Shown: positions 22,291 to 31,859 of the stretch, in pieces
How positions within the stretch are numbered: position 1 is the first letter of the stretch
Layout: each line of letters starts with the position of its first letter
Assembly (NCBI GenBank): GCA_030447245.1
Contig: JAUJPG010000004.1
Coordinates: forward strand, 16,843-80,842
Origin: Chloroflexota bacterium
GTDB taxonomy: Bacteria > Chloroflexota > UBA6077 > JACCZL01
DNA length: 64,000 nucleotides
Direction of reading: 5' to 3'
The notes under the pieces: model-generated
What the model was told of the DNA's origin: nothing
Database searches by the model: none
The model's input: only the letters and a program-made list of their open reading frames with translations
Position numbers and translations under genes: made by a program

Positions 22291-23339
22291 ACCGCGAGCC
22301 GATCGCCCCCAGGGCTCGACGTCCGCCATGGTCGGGCCGCGGTCGTCGATGGGGAGCGCCCCGCGAGGGCCCGGGCCTCGCTCGACGGCCGCGCGCGGTC
22401 GTCCCCGCCGCCGTCAGCGGAGGCGCAGCCGCTCCACGCCCTGGGCCGGTGGCCGCGTAGAGGTACCGCCCGTCGATCCTCAGCGCCAGGTCGGAGATCA
22501 GGCTCAGGTCCTGGTGCCCCAAGTCGGTCCAGGTGGCCCCGCCGTCGAGGCTGGCCTTCACCCCGCTGCCGATCGGGGTCTCGCCTACACCGCCGCCGCG
22601 CTCGTAGCCGTTGAGGCCGACGTCCCGCTGGCAGGGTGTACGCCAGGTCACCATCTGGACGTTTGGTTCGGCCCCGTCCGCTCGGCTCTGCGAACGCCAG
22701 ATCTCGGTCCAGCTTGACCGTCGGTCGCTACAGGGACGAGCCCCCGCCCTGACCGCGACTGCGCGTCGACCGCGGTGGCTCTGCTCGGCCACGGCAGCAT
22801 CGGGACCCACGTCGCCGCGTCGTCGCGCGGCACCGAGGTCCCGACCTTGGCGGTCGTGTGATCGCTCGGGTCGACCGCCACGCCGACCGCACCCAGCGAC
22901 TGCCGGGGATCAGGCCGCGGTCGCTCAGGCTGACCGCGATCGCGCTGAAGCTCTGCTGCTCCGGCCACGGCAGCATCGGGACCCACGTCACCGCGTCGTC
23001 GCGCGACACCGAGGTCCCGACGTACAGCGTCGTGTGATCGCTCGGGTCGACCGCCACGCCAACCCCACCCCAGCGACGGCCGGGGAATCCGGGCGGGAGG
23101 GCGACCGACGCCCAGGTCACGCCGCCGTCGTCGCTGCGGGACAGCCCGCTCGCCGTCTTCGCGAAGAAGGCACCGCTGGCGGGCGTGAAGAGCTCGGAGG
23201 CGCTCTCGCCGAGCCCGGTCGGCTCCCAGTCCCACGCGGGCGCCTCCTGCGCCCCCAGGCCGCCACCCGTCCCGAGCGTCGCCAGCACTGCCACCAGCGC
23301 GACCGCCCGGCGTGCCATTCCCCAGCCGAGGCCCATCAT
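22100..23339 (-). pseudogene. BNR-repeat (beta-propeller, sialidase/Ycf48-like) secreted protein, frameshifted
   Basis: Signal peptide MMGLGWGMARRAVALVAVLATLG, BNR motifs SRSDDGGVTWAS, SVSRDDAVTWVPM, SLDGGATWTDL spread across three overlapping minus-strand frames. Confidence 0.5.
22781..23085. repeat. about 120-bp imperfect direct repeat inside the BNR pseudogene
   Basis: ctgctcggccacggcagcatcgggacccacgtcgccgcgtcgtcgcgcg... recurs about 170 bp downstream with a few substitutions. Confidence 0.6.
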
Positions 23340-23449
23340 GCCTGTCCCTCCCGGTTTCCGTGGTGCGCACCCCGTCGATCGCGCTTCGGCGCGCACGGGT
23401 CGCCGATCCATGACCACTCTACCGCGTCGGCCTCCCCCCGGTCCCCCGT

Positions 23450-23479
23450 GGAAGTACGGGGTTTCAGTACGGGCTTTTC
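23450..23479 (-). repeat. GTAC-containing motif, copy 2 (reverse orientation)
   Basis: gaagtacggggtttcagtacgggcttttcc. Confidence 0.7.
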
Positions 23480-23482
23480 CCC

Positions 23483-23813
23483 GTGGTTGCCAGCGGCGGG
23501 TACCTGCGTACCGCGCCCAAGCTGGTGGTCGGGGTGCTCTCACCGGGGCGGTGCACGAGCGGCGCGACCGAGAGGAGCAGCTCGCGCTCTGCGGGCGGCA
23601 GGGGGTCCGGGAGCACTGGATCGTGGACTGGCGCCAGCAGCGTCTCGACGTCTATCACCGTGGGCAAGCCCGTCGGGAGGGGCCCGTGGTCGTCACCGCG
23701 CCGAGGCAAGTATGCCGCACGTCGCGACGCTCACCGGCGAGGAGGTGCTGACGACGCCCCTGCTGCCCGAGTTCGCCTGCCCCCTGCCGAGCCTCTGGGC
23801 GCCGTCGTCCTGA
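23483..23813 (+). pseudogene. Uma2-family endonuclease C-terminal remnant (copy B), frameshifted
   Basis: PKLVVGVLSPG, EHWIVDWRQQRLDVYHRG and LTGEEVLTTPLLPEFACPLPSLWA lie in three different frames. Confidence 0.55.
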
Positions 23814-23936
23814 CCGCGGATCCATCGCGCGCTTACCCTTGCTCGGCGGCGGCGCAGGTCACCGCCAGCGCGGCCCTCGCGAGCCGCGTCAGGCTCGTCT
23901 CGGCCTCCGATCGCACAGCGCGCACGGTCCCGTCTG

Positions 23937-24482
23937 TCAGCGGTCCGCGATGACGTAGGTGAACGCCAGCGTGTTGTCAGAGATCTGCGACATGCAGGCG
24001 GCAATGTCGTCGTTCCTGTCCTCGTTTGGGCCGACCAGGATCAGCCCGTGCGCCTCGTCATCGGGGTTGTGGATCATCGGGGGCACCCAGTCGAGGATCT
24101 GGTTGAAGAAGCCGCTCCGGTTCTGGTCCCGCGCGTCGTCCTAGGGGATCGCGTAGGCGGGGTTACCCCTATCCCAGTCGACCGTCGGACGCCTGAGCCG
24201 GAGCCAGCAGGAAATCTGGAACTCGCCGGCGTGAGAGGCCCGCCCGCCGTTCGGTGCTTGCTCGTGGTACAGCACCTCGCGGTAGCGGAGCACCGCCTCG
24301 ACCGGCGGCAGGCTATGGCCGTGCAGGGCGCTGAAGTCGAACTTGAAGGCCAGCTGCCGGTACTCGTGCCAGGTGCAGCCGCTGAAGAAGCCGACCGTCG
24401 ACGGCCTCGCTTGCTGCAACGTCACCCAGCATGACCCGGCGACCGGAGGTCCCCCCGTCATGCTGGGAATCGTTCTAGCCAC
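23937..24482 (-). pseudogene. secreted Cys-containing family-A protein, 5'-truncated copy with internal stop
   Basis: LAFKFDFSALHG...CWLRLRRPTVDW then, after a TAG and a frame change, FNQILDWVPPMIHNPDDEAHGLILVGPNEDRNDDIAACMSQISDNTLAFTYVIADR; closely matches the C-terminal half of 44934..45977. Confidence 0.6.
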
Positions 24483-24546
24483 AAAAGTGCCGCGGCGCTG
24501 ATGCGCTGGACCGACCAGGACGTGGTGGCCTCACCAGGTACAATGT
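24471..24546. repeat. about 70-bp repeat, copy 2 (see 18345..18413)
   Basis: Shared cgttctag...ccgaccaggacg.ggt.gc core. Confidence 0.5.
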
Positions 24547-24642
24547 AGGGGGTCGGGTGCGCGCCTGATCAGCGCCCGTTCAAGCCCGGCGACCACAGAC
24601 GCCGGGGCGCGTCCCTCTTCTGCCTCGCTGTGGCGATGTACG

Positions 24643-25170
24643 ATGCCACTCTCGCGAAATGAGGCCCAACTGCTGGCGAGGGCCGCAAAGGCCGCGGCTG
24701 ATGCGAAACGGCTGGTCGATCCAGCCCTTTCCGTCGCACTCGCCGCTCTCAAGCGGGACAAGGATCTCGGCGGGCAAGCAGCTAGGGTCAGGAACAGGAA
24801 GCGGAACGAGGATGCCTTGGGTGACGTGGGTGTCCTCGCCGAAGCGTTGGCGGAGGGGGGTCCCGTATCGAGCGCCGCCCGGTCCGCTGAGGCTCCGTCG
24901 CCTCCGGAAGCAACTGCCGACGACGGCCCCCGCCGCGATCGCAAGCCGCGCACTGTCGGTTCAGAAGCCAAGAAGCGGGTCCGCCAGCGAGACTTCAGCA
25001 GCCAACTCTTCAGACGCAGGCCGATCGAAGTGATGGACTCGATCCTCGACCTGGGCAAACGCTTGACAAAGTGCGGGGTAGCCGCGGCGATGGGCATACA
25101 CAGAGGGACCCTTGGCTTGTACCTGAGCGACGAGCAGATCGACTGGGATCAGGCGAAGCTCGACGCGTAG
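24643..25170 (+). CDS. hypothetical Ala-rich protein with possible C-terminal helix-turn-helix
   Basis: Open frame with lower GC3 than neighbours; C-terminal ILDLGKRLTKCGVAAAMGIHRGTLGLYL is HTH-like; no family recognised. Confidence 0.35.
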   Translation: MPLSRNEAQLLARAAKAAADAKRLVDPALSVALAALKRDKDLGGQAARVRNRKRNEDALGDVGVLAEALAEGGPVSSAARSAEAPSPPEATADDGPRRDRKPRTVGSEAKKRVRQRDFSSQLFRRRPIEVMDSILDLGKRLTKCGVAAAMGIHRGTLGLYLSDEQIDWDQAKLDA

Positions 25171-25276
25171 GAGAGAAGGGCAAGGCGCCGGGCCCTCGAG
25201 CGGCAGAGACAATCTGAGCGGCGATCCTAACAATCGTCGATCATCGATGGAATCCAGCAAGTTCCGACGTTCTTGA

Positions 25277-25313
25277 GGGGCATCCTGGTCTTGAAGGGAG
25301 ACCAGGATGCCCC
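25277..25313 (+). promoter_or_regulatory. perfect 14-bp inverted repeat with 9-nt loop that encloses the RBS and start codon of the RHH gene
   Basis: ggggcatcctggtc-ttgaaggga-gaccaggatgcccc; GGGAG lies in the loop and ATG 25307 in the 3' arm. Confidence 0.6.
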
Positions 25314-25522
25314 GATTCCTTCTTGAGGTCTCGGACCCCGCCTTTGAACGCCTGACCAAAGAGGCCGGGCGGTATCGGCGGTCGCTCAAGGACCAAGCGG
25401 CGTGGCTCCTCGGGGGCGTGCTGCTGGCCGCCGACGCGCCAGCGCGGGAGCTCGAGAAGATTGGCGCGTCGGCGGGTGTGAGTGCAGCTGACCAGCTAGG
25501 GGCTGGTTATGCCGCGGGGTGA
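25307..25522 (+). CDS. small ribbon-helix-helix-like DNA-binding protein (candidate antitoxin)
   Basis: 71 aa; PRFLLEVSDPAFERLTKEAGRYRRSLKDQAAWLL is consistent with a beta-strand plus two helices as in Arc/CopG/ParD proteins. Confidence 0.45.
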   Translation: MPRFLLEVSDPAFERLTKEAGRYRRSLKDQAAWLLGGVLLAADAPARELEKIGASAGVSAADQLGAGYAAG

Positions 25523-25681
25523 GCATCCACTGCCGCTCACGGTGCGGCGTGAGCTCCTCACGGAACTTTACCGTGTGCTTCTATGCCCCCCGGTCGAGGA
25601 GCAGGATGCGGTAAAGCCGCGTCACCGGGTGGACGACGCGGACCGCACAATTGTGATCCTGGACAGCGGGGCGAGCGAGTA
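25508..25681 (+). CDS. short overlapping ORF downstream of the RHH gene (possible toxin remnant)
   Basis: ATG at about 25508 overlaps the RHH stop; 57 codons, MPRGEHPLPLTVRRELLTELYRVLL...; not in the ORF track because under 60 aa. Confidence 0.2.
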
Positions 25682-26179
25682 GCCGTGTCGAACATCATCG
25701 CTATCCGACGTCCGCTCCACTCCCAGCCCGAAGTCGGTCAGGTCGTGCAGTTTCTCCGCTGTCGGTGCGAACGGCACGTCGTCGTGCTGGAGGGGGCGAG
25801 CGGCTCGATTTGACGACGTGGCGCCACAAGGTCTGGCGAGCGGGCGATCCCTCCCGCGACCGGTACCTGATCTAGATGGGCCCGCCACCCGCATCAGATG
25901 ACGTTGTGGCTAGAACCTCGACGGCGTGGACTCACAGCGCTGGATGTGCACCCATCAGATGCCTCCTCCACGGGGCAAGGGCGTCGGGGGTCTCGGCCGG
26001 GGTTGGCCAGCGCGCTCGCGCCCGCGGCCCACGGGCAAGCCGGGTCAGAGCCTCGGTTCTGTCCTGCCTTCAACCGCTCCAACCGCTGCTCGGCGGGCAG
26101 CGTGGTCCTGCTGCTCCCGCCACCGGCAGGCTATCGTCCCAGCGTCCGCAACGATCTCCGGCGGACGAAAGGAGCCGAC

Positions 26180-26557
26180 ATGGAATCGAAATCCGCCGCG
26201 CTCAACACGCCGCCAGGACAAGACGTCCCGGCGCGCTTTCCGCTGGCTGAGGCACGCACGGCGCCGCCTCAGGCTGGCCGCCGGTCGGCGCTGCTGCTGG
26301 AGCACGGGAGCCTGGAGCTACGCTACTATGCGCCGCGCGGCACCGACCCGCAGACACCGCACACCCGTGACGAGGTCTACGTCGTCGCCTCTGGCCGAGG
26401 CTGGTTCGTGCGCGCGGAAGAGCGCGTTGCGTTCGAGTGCGGCGACGCGCTGTTCGTGGCGGCCGGCGTGGAGCACCGGTTCGAAGACTTCAGCGACGAC
26501 TTCGCAACCTGGGTCATGTTCTACGGTCCAGAAGGTGGCGAGCGGCCGGCGACGTGA
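26180..26557 (+). CDS. cupin-domain protein
   Basis: HTRDEVYVVASGRGWF ... GDALFVAAGVEHRFEDF has the two-motif cupin pattern; start at MESKS inside track ORF 25898..26557. Confidence 0.65.
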   Translation: MESKSAALNTPPGQDVPARFPLAEARTAPPQAGRRSALLLEHGSLELRYYAPRGTDPQTPHTRDEVYVVASGRGWFVRAEERVAFECGDALFVAAGVEHRFEDFSDDFATWVMFYGPEGGERPAT

Positions 26558-26614
26558 CCAGTTAGCGAGGGCGTCCAGCATGGAGTCGCCGATCAAGCAG
26601 GAGTAGTGCTCGGC

Positions 26615-27064
26615 TTAGTCGGCCTTGGCCCCAGCGGCGCTTTCGGTTCTGGCCGGCGCGGGAGTTCCGCTGCCGGCATTGGACCCACCCTCGGATCTGG
26701 ACCCGCCCCCAGATTTGGACCCATTCTCCGACTTGGACCCGCCTTCGGGCTTGGCACCCGCTTCCGACTTGGCGCCCGGTTCCGACTTGGCGCTGGCGTC
26801 GGACTTGACGCCTGACTCTTTGCTCGCGGGAGCTTCCGATGCAGCGCCGTCCGCCTTGTCCGACTCCGGCTCTTTGGCCGCACTGGTGCCACGATAGTCC
26901 GTGTTGTAGAAGCCGCTGCCCTTGAACACGATGCCGGCCGGGTGGATCAATCTGCGGAGCGCACCGCCGCACGACTCACAGGTAGTGAGTGGGTCATCGC
27001 TGAAGCTCTGCCGCTTCTCGGCGACGTTGCTGCACGATTGACACTCATATGTATAGATCGGCAC
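26615..27064 (-). CDS. FmdB-family zinc-ribbon protein with Ser/Lys/Glu/Gly-rich low-complexity tail
   Basis: PIYTYECQSC...CESCGG CxxC-x-CxxC zinc ribbon starting at a GTG (about 27064); tail SKSEAGAKPEGGSKSENGSKSGGGSRSEGG. Confidence 0.7.
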   Translation of the reverse strand: MPIYTYECQSCSNVAEKRQSFSDDPLTTCESCGGALRRLIHPAGIVFKGSGFYNTDYRGTSAAKEPESDKADGAASEAPASKESGVKSDASAKSEPGAKSEAGAKPEGGSKSENGSKSGGGSRSEGGSNAGSGTPAPARTESAAGAKAD

Positions 27065-27275
27065 GCCCGGCCCTCCGCCCCACGACCACACAAAAGCGAC
27101 CAGCTCGCGAGCTGATCGCTCGTAGATTCTAAATTGAAGTATACCAGAAGTGGCGGATGAAGCCCGGATGCGCCACGGCCCGCGGGCCAGCGGCGAGCGT
27201 GTCGGCCGGGGTGGCAACCAAGGTACCATCGGCCCGAGCACTCGGTTCGGGCCGGTCGATCGAGAGAGGTGCAGC

Positions 27276-28202
27276 ATGCGCGTGGCGGTCTTTGGGGCCG
27301 GCGGGACCGGCGGCTACTTCGGCGGGCTGTTGGCCAAAGCAGGCGAGGACGTCAGTTTCATCGCGCGCGGCGAGCACTTGAGGGCGATCCTGGCCGAGGG
27401 ACTGACCGTTCGCTCGAAGATGGTGGGCGATTTCACGGTCCGAGCCAACGCGACAGACAACCCGGCCGAGATCGGGCCAGTCGACCTGGTTCTGTTCTGC
27501 GTGAAGACGTACGACAACGACGCTGCCGAGCGCCTCCGCCCGCTGGTCGGCCCGGAGACGATGGTGCTATCAGTTCAGAACGGGATCGACCACGCCGAGC
27601 GGCTGGCACGCGTCCTCGGTGAGGGGCACGTCGTCGGCTGCACGGTCGGCGTCTCGGCCATCGTGGCGGCGCCCGGCGTGATCGAGCACCGAGCGATTCG
27701 CGGGCTCATCCGATTCGGCGAGCTACCCCGGGGGACGAGCCAGCGGACGGCCCAGCTCAAGGAGCTTTTCGAGCGGGCGGAGATCGTCGCCGACGAGCGT
27801 CCGGACATTCAGGTCGCGATCTGGGAGAAGTTTGTCATGATCTGCGCGGTGAGCGGCGTGACGGCGCTTACCCGACTGCCGCTCGGGCCGATCCTGGCCT
27901 GCGCTGAGACGGCCGAGCTATTCCGCGGGACGATGGAGGAGGTCGAGGCGGTCGGCCACGCCTCCGGCGTCGCGCTGGCCGCGGGCACCGCCCAGCGGAC
28001 GTTCGACGGGATGTCCCGCTCAGACCCCAGGACACGCGGCTCAATGGCCCACGATCTCGAGACCGGGCGTCGGCTGGAGGTAGAAACCCTGAACGGGACC
28101 GTCGTTCGTCTGGGCAGCGAGCGTGGCATACCGACCCCCTGCAACTTTGCGATCTACGCCGCCCTGAAGCCGTACGCCGATGGCCCTCCGGAGCTACCAT
28201 GA
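27276..28202 (+). CDS. panE: 2-dehydropantoate 2-reductase
   Basis: MRVAVFGAGGTGGYFGG Rossmann motif and ApbA/PanE-like C-terminal domain; start inside track ORF 27150..28202. Confidence 0.75.
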   Translation: MRVAVFGAGGTGGYFGGLLAKAGEDVSFIARGEHLRAILAEGLTVRSKMVGDFTVRANATDNPAEIGPVDLVLFCVKTYDNDAAERLRPLVGPETMVLSVQNGIDHAERLARVLGEGHVVGCTVGVSAIVAAPGVIEHRAIRGLIRFGELPRGTSQRTAQLKELFERAEIVADERPDIQVAIWEKFVMICAVSGVTALTRLPLGPILACAETAELFRGTMEEVEAVGHASGVALAAGTAQRTFDGMSRSDPRTRGSMAHDLETGRRLEVETLNGTVVRLGSERGIPTPCNFAIYAALKPYADGPPELP

Positions 28203-29035
28203 CGACGCGCCTTGACGTCCAGGCAGTCACCGGCAATGCGATGGTGGACGAGGCCCTCCGCCGGCTGCGAACCGAAGGCGACGCGTTCTGCGCACACCTG
28301 GCGTCCCTTTCCCTCGTCGACTGGGATCGGCCCACCAACTGTCCCGGGTGGACCATCCGCCTGCTGGTGGCTCATGTTGTGCGCGGCGGCGAGTCGTTCT
28401 TGCGGAGCCTGGAGCGGGGCCTGGCGGGGAACCTGGAGCCGGCGCTGACGCCGGAGCAGAAGACGGCGCGAATGCACGAGATCGCGGCGCATCCGCCGGC
28501 CAAGATCCTCGCCGAGCTGCGAACAATCAACGATCGCTTCGAGCGAGCATTCGGCGCGCTTCGGCCGGACCAGCTCGGCACGCTCGGCGAGCACCCATTC
28601 GGTCCGCGCTCGGCGCGCTGGTTCGCCCAACAGCGCCTCGCCGAGGTCGCCTTCCACCGCTGGGACCTCGCGGCCTCGCTCGGCGCCCGTGCTGAGCTGG
28701 ATTCGGCAACCGCGGGTTTCTTGTTGCCCATGCTGGTCGAGGAGAACCTCCCGGTCATGATGGGCCATGACTGGCCGCGCGCCCGCGCGAGCTTCCACTT
28801 CGGAATCGCCGGGAGCGACCGCTCCTGGACGGCGGCGGCCTCGCCAGGCAGGCTCGCGATTACGCGCGGCTCAACCGCCCCCGCGGACGTGCAGGTCGAT
28901 GGTGACGCGGCGGCGCTGGCGCTTCTGGTGTATGGGCGGCGTACGCTCGCGGAGCTGCGCGCGGAGGGACGCGTATCGGTGAAAGGCGATCGTGCAGCAG
29001 TCGAGCGGTTTAGCGAGGTGTTCCACGGGCCGTAG
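28199..29035 (+). CDS. maleylpyruvate-isomerase-like (TIGR03083/DinB_2 family) protein
   Basis: N-terminal DinB/MDMPI-like helix bundle (TNCPGWTIRLLVAHV) and C-terminal SCP2-like region; 4-bp overlap with panE. Confidence 0.55.
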   Translation: MTTRLDVQAVTGNAMVDEALRRLRTEGDAFCAHLASLSLVDWDRPTNCPGWTIRLLVAHVVRGGESFLRSLERGLAGNLEPALTPEQKTARMHEIAAHPPAKILAELRTINDRFERAFGALRPDQLGTLGEHPFGPRSARWFAQQRLAEVAFHRWDLAASLGARAELDSATAGFLLPMLVEENLPVMMGHDWPRARASFHFGIAGSDRSWTAAASPGRLAITRGSTAPADVQVDGDAAALALLVYGRRTLAELRAEGRVSVKGDRAAVERFSEVFHGP

Positions 29036-29112
29036 CGGGACGGGCGGGCACGGTAGCCAGTCGTCGCCCGAACAGTACGGCGAGGGGCCAGAGCGCCCAG
29101 GAGGAGGAACTG

Positions 29113-30282
29113 ATGAAAGTCCGGACCGCGGCGGATAAGGCGCTGGAGCGTGCAGTCGATGCAGGCGACGTACCCGGCGTCGTCGCTCTGGCAGCCGACG
29201 AGACCGGCATCATCTATGAGGGCGCGTTCGGCACGCGTGAGGTGGCCAAGAGTCAGCCCATGACCCTCGACACCGTGTTCTGGATCGCGTCGATGACCAA
29301 GGCGGTGACGTCCGTCGCGGCCATGCAGCTCGTCGAGCGAGGGGAGCTGGAGCTCGACGAGCCGTTGGGCGAGCGTATGCCGGGGCTGGCGTCGCACCAG
29401 GTGCTCGAGGGCTTTGACGCCGCGGGCACGCCACGCCTTCGTCCGGCGAAGCGGCCGATCACCCTCCGCCACCTCCTGACGCACACGGCGGGCTTCACCT
29501 ACGACATCTGGAATGCCGACATGGGCCGCTTTATGGCGCAGCGGGGGATTCCCGGCATTATCGAGTGCAAGGACGTCACGCTCAGCACGCCGCTGGTGTT
29601 CGATCCAGGCGATCGCTGGGACTACGGGATCAACATCGACTGGGTGGGTAAGACTGTCGAGAAGGTCAGCGGCCAATCGCTCGAAGAGTACTTCCGCGAG
29701 CACATCTTCGCCCCGCTTGGCATGGCCGACAGCGGCTTCGTGCTCTCGCCTTCGCAGCGAGAACGCCTGGCCAGCATGCACGCCCGCAATCCGGATGGCT
29801 CGTTGACGGCGATCCCGTTCGAGATCCCGCAGCAGCCCGAGTTCTTCATGGGCGGCGGCGGCCTCTACTCCGTCGGGCGCGACTACCTGACCTTCCTCCA
29901 GATGCTGCTGCACGAAGGCCGGTTCAAGGGCGTCCAGGTGCTGCGGCCGGAGACCGTCGCCGAGATGGGTAAGAACCAGATCGGCGATCTCACGGTCAGC
30001 GGCCTCAAGACGGCCATCCCGGCGAGCTCGAACGACGCCGAGTTCTTCCCCGGGATGCACAAGACCTGGGGTTTGGGCTACATGATCACCACCGACAACG
30101 CGCCAACCGGGCGGAGCAGCGGCAGCCTCGCGTGGGCCGGGCTGGCCAACACCTACTTCTGGCTTGACCAGACCAAGCGTCTCACTGGCCTGATCCTGAC
30201 GCAGATCCTTCCATTCGCGGATGCCAAAGCCCTCCGCCTCTTCGAGCAGTTCGAAACGGCGATCTACGAGCGCGGCGCGTAA
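29113..30282 (+). CDS. serine hydrolase, beta-lactamase/esterase family
   Basis: S-x-x-K active-site motif IASMTKAVTS, YGINIDW and WAGLANTYFW regions typical of class C beta-lactamase-like esterases. Confidence 0.75.
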   Translation: MKVRTAADKALERAVDAGDVPGVVALAADETGIIYEGAFGTREVAKSQPMTLDTVFWIASMTKAVTSVAAMQLVERGELELDEPLGERMPGLASHQVLEGFDAAGTPRLRPAKRPITLRHLLTHTAGFTYDIWNADMGRFMAQRGIPGIIECKDVTLSTPLVFDPGDRWDYGINIDWVGKTVEKVSGQSLEEYFREHIFAPLGMADSGFVLSPSQRERLASMHARNPDGSLTAIPFEIPQQPEFFMGGGGLYSVGRDYLTFLQMLLHEGRFKGVQVLRPETVAEMGKNQIGDLTVSGLKTAIPASSNDAEFFPGMHKTWGLGYMITTDNAPTGRSSGSLAWAGLANTYFWLDQTKRLTGLILTQILPFADAKALRLFEQFETAIYERGA

Positions 30283-30445
30283 GTATGGGCGAGCCCAGCT
30301 TTGTCGCGGCGCTTCTGGCGAGCCACCGCTCCGTTGACTTCTGAGCGCGGCAATCAGCCGCCACGTCGCGAGACAGCATAGTCCCGCGGCGCCTGGCGGC
30401 TGAGGTGGCGCTTCCGTTCACACAGCCGGGTCGTCGAGTCGCAAA

Positions 30446-30826
30446 CTACTCGACAGCCGCGATGGCTTCGATCTCGACAAGGGTGCCGGGAGCAAACTGG
30501 GCGCCGCCGATGCATGTCCGGCCGGGCGGATCGTTCGGGAAGTACTCGGTATACACCTCGTTGACGGCGGGGCGGTCCTCGATGTTGGTGAGGTAGATGT
30601 TGACCTTGATCACCGAGTTGAGCGAGGAGCCGCCCGCTTCCAAAACGGCCTTGACGTTCTCGAGCGTGCGGCGCGCCTGCGCCGTCACGTCGCCCTCAAT
30701 CTTCCCGGTCGCCGGGTCCTGACCCACCTGGCCGGCTGTCCAGACAAGGTCGCCGACACGCACGCCGGGGCTGAGAATAGGACTCGGCCGCACGCCAGCC
30801 GGTCGGACGATCTCGCGCTTCGCCAT
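30446..30826 (-). CDS. ridA: RidA family reactive-intermediate deaminase
   Basis: 126 aa, VWTAGQVG ... RTCIGGAQFAPGTLVEIEAIA matches YjgF/RidA. Confidence 0.85.
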   Translation of the reverse strand: MAKREIVRPAGVRPSPILSPGVRVGDLVWTAGQVGQDPATGKIEGDVTAQARRTLENVKAVLEAGGSSLNSVIKVNIYLTNIEDRPAVNEVYTEYFPNDPPGRTCIGGAQFAPGTLVEIEAIAAVE

Positions 30827-31043
30827 TGCTGCCTCCCCGCCGGGGCTAAAGGCCCGCCTGATCGGCGTGCTCGCGATGTGCCCGGCGCTCGGCCATTAGA
30901 GCAGCCGCGCGGCGGTTGGTCAAGAGCACGGGCCCGTCCAAATAGCTGACGGCCCCCGCCCTGGGACGCCGCGCTATCCTTGGTGGGTCCATCTCAGCGG
31001 GTGGACCGACCCAGACGTGCCTGTGGCGCGAGCGAGGACGACG

Positions 31044-31817
31044 ATGACCTACGAGTTCCTACACGTGCACGTCAAGGATCGGGTCGGCTGGCTGGAGTAT
31101 CATCGGCCGCCGGTCAACGCGATCAATTGGGAAATGCTGCGCGAGATCCCGCGCGCGTTCGACGCTCTGCTGGAAGACCAGACGGTCCGGGTCATCGCCT
31201 TCGCGAGCGCGCTGGAACGGTACTTCACGACCGGTGCCGACATCCGGGTGATGCAGGCGATGACCCCGGACGACATGCGCGCCTGGGTGACGGTCGCCCA
31301 CCGTCTCGTGCGGGCGATGCGTGGGTCGCCCAAACCGCTGCTCGCGGCGATCGGCGGGACGGCCGTCGGCGGCGGGCTCGAGATCGTCACACACTGCGAC
31401 GTGCGGTTCGTCGCCGCAGACGCGCGACTGGGCCAGCCGGAGATCAACATCGCGTTTATCCCGCCGATCGGCGCGACGCAGGCGTATGCGCGGCTGCTCG
31501 GCCGCCCTCGGGCGCTGCGCTTCCTGTACGAGGGCGGTCTGGTCTCGGCGTCGGAAGCGCACGCGCTTGGCTTCGTCGACATCGTGGTCCCGCCGGAAGA
31601 GCTGCGGAACGAGGTGCAGACGTACGCGGCGATGCTGGCCGCCAAGCCGGCCGCGGCGCTGGCCGCGATCAGGCGCTGCGTCACCCAGGGTATCGAGGTT
31701 CCCTTCGAGAACGGGCTCGACATCGAGCTCGAGGTGGCGGTCGACCTGGCCGCCTCTCCGGATTTCGCTGAGGGTCTGAGCGCATTTCTGGAGAAGCGCC
31801 CGCCCAGATGGGCGTAG
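31044..31817 (+). CDS. enoyl-CoA hydratase/isomerase family protein
   Basis: Crotonase fold motifs AFASALERYFTTGADI and GGTAVGGGLEIVTHCD. Confidence 0.8.
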   Translation: MTYEFLHVHVKDRVGWLEYHRPPVNAINWEMLREIPRAFDALLEDQTVRVIAFASALERYFTTGADIRVMQAMTPDDMRAWVTVAHRLVRAMRGSPKPLLAAIGGTAVGGGLEIVTHCDVRFVAADARLGQPEINIAFIPPIGATQAYARLLGRPRALRFLYEGGLVSASEAHALGFVDIVVPPEELRNEVQTYAAMLAAKPAAALAAIRRCVTQGIEVPFENGLDIELEVAVDLAASPDFAEGLSAFLEKRPPRWA

Positions 31818-31859
31818 ATGGCATGTGGCCGTATCCGTGCGCTGATCTCGGGGGGGTGG

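Noticed and set aside
28372-30060. 562-aa ORF on the minus strand
   Set aside because: Antisense to the TIGR03083-like and beta-lactamase-family genes, which carry clear motifs.
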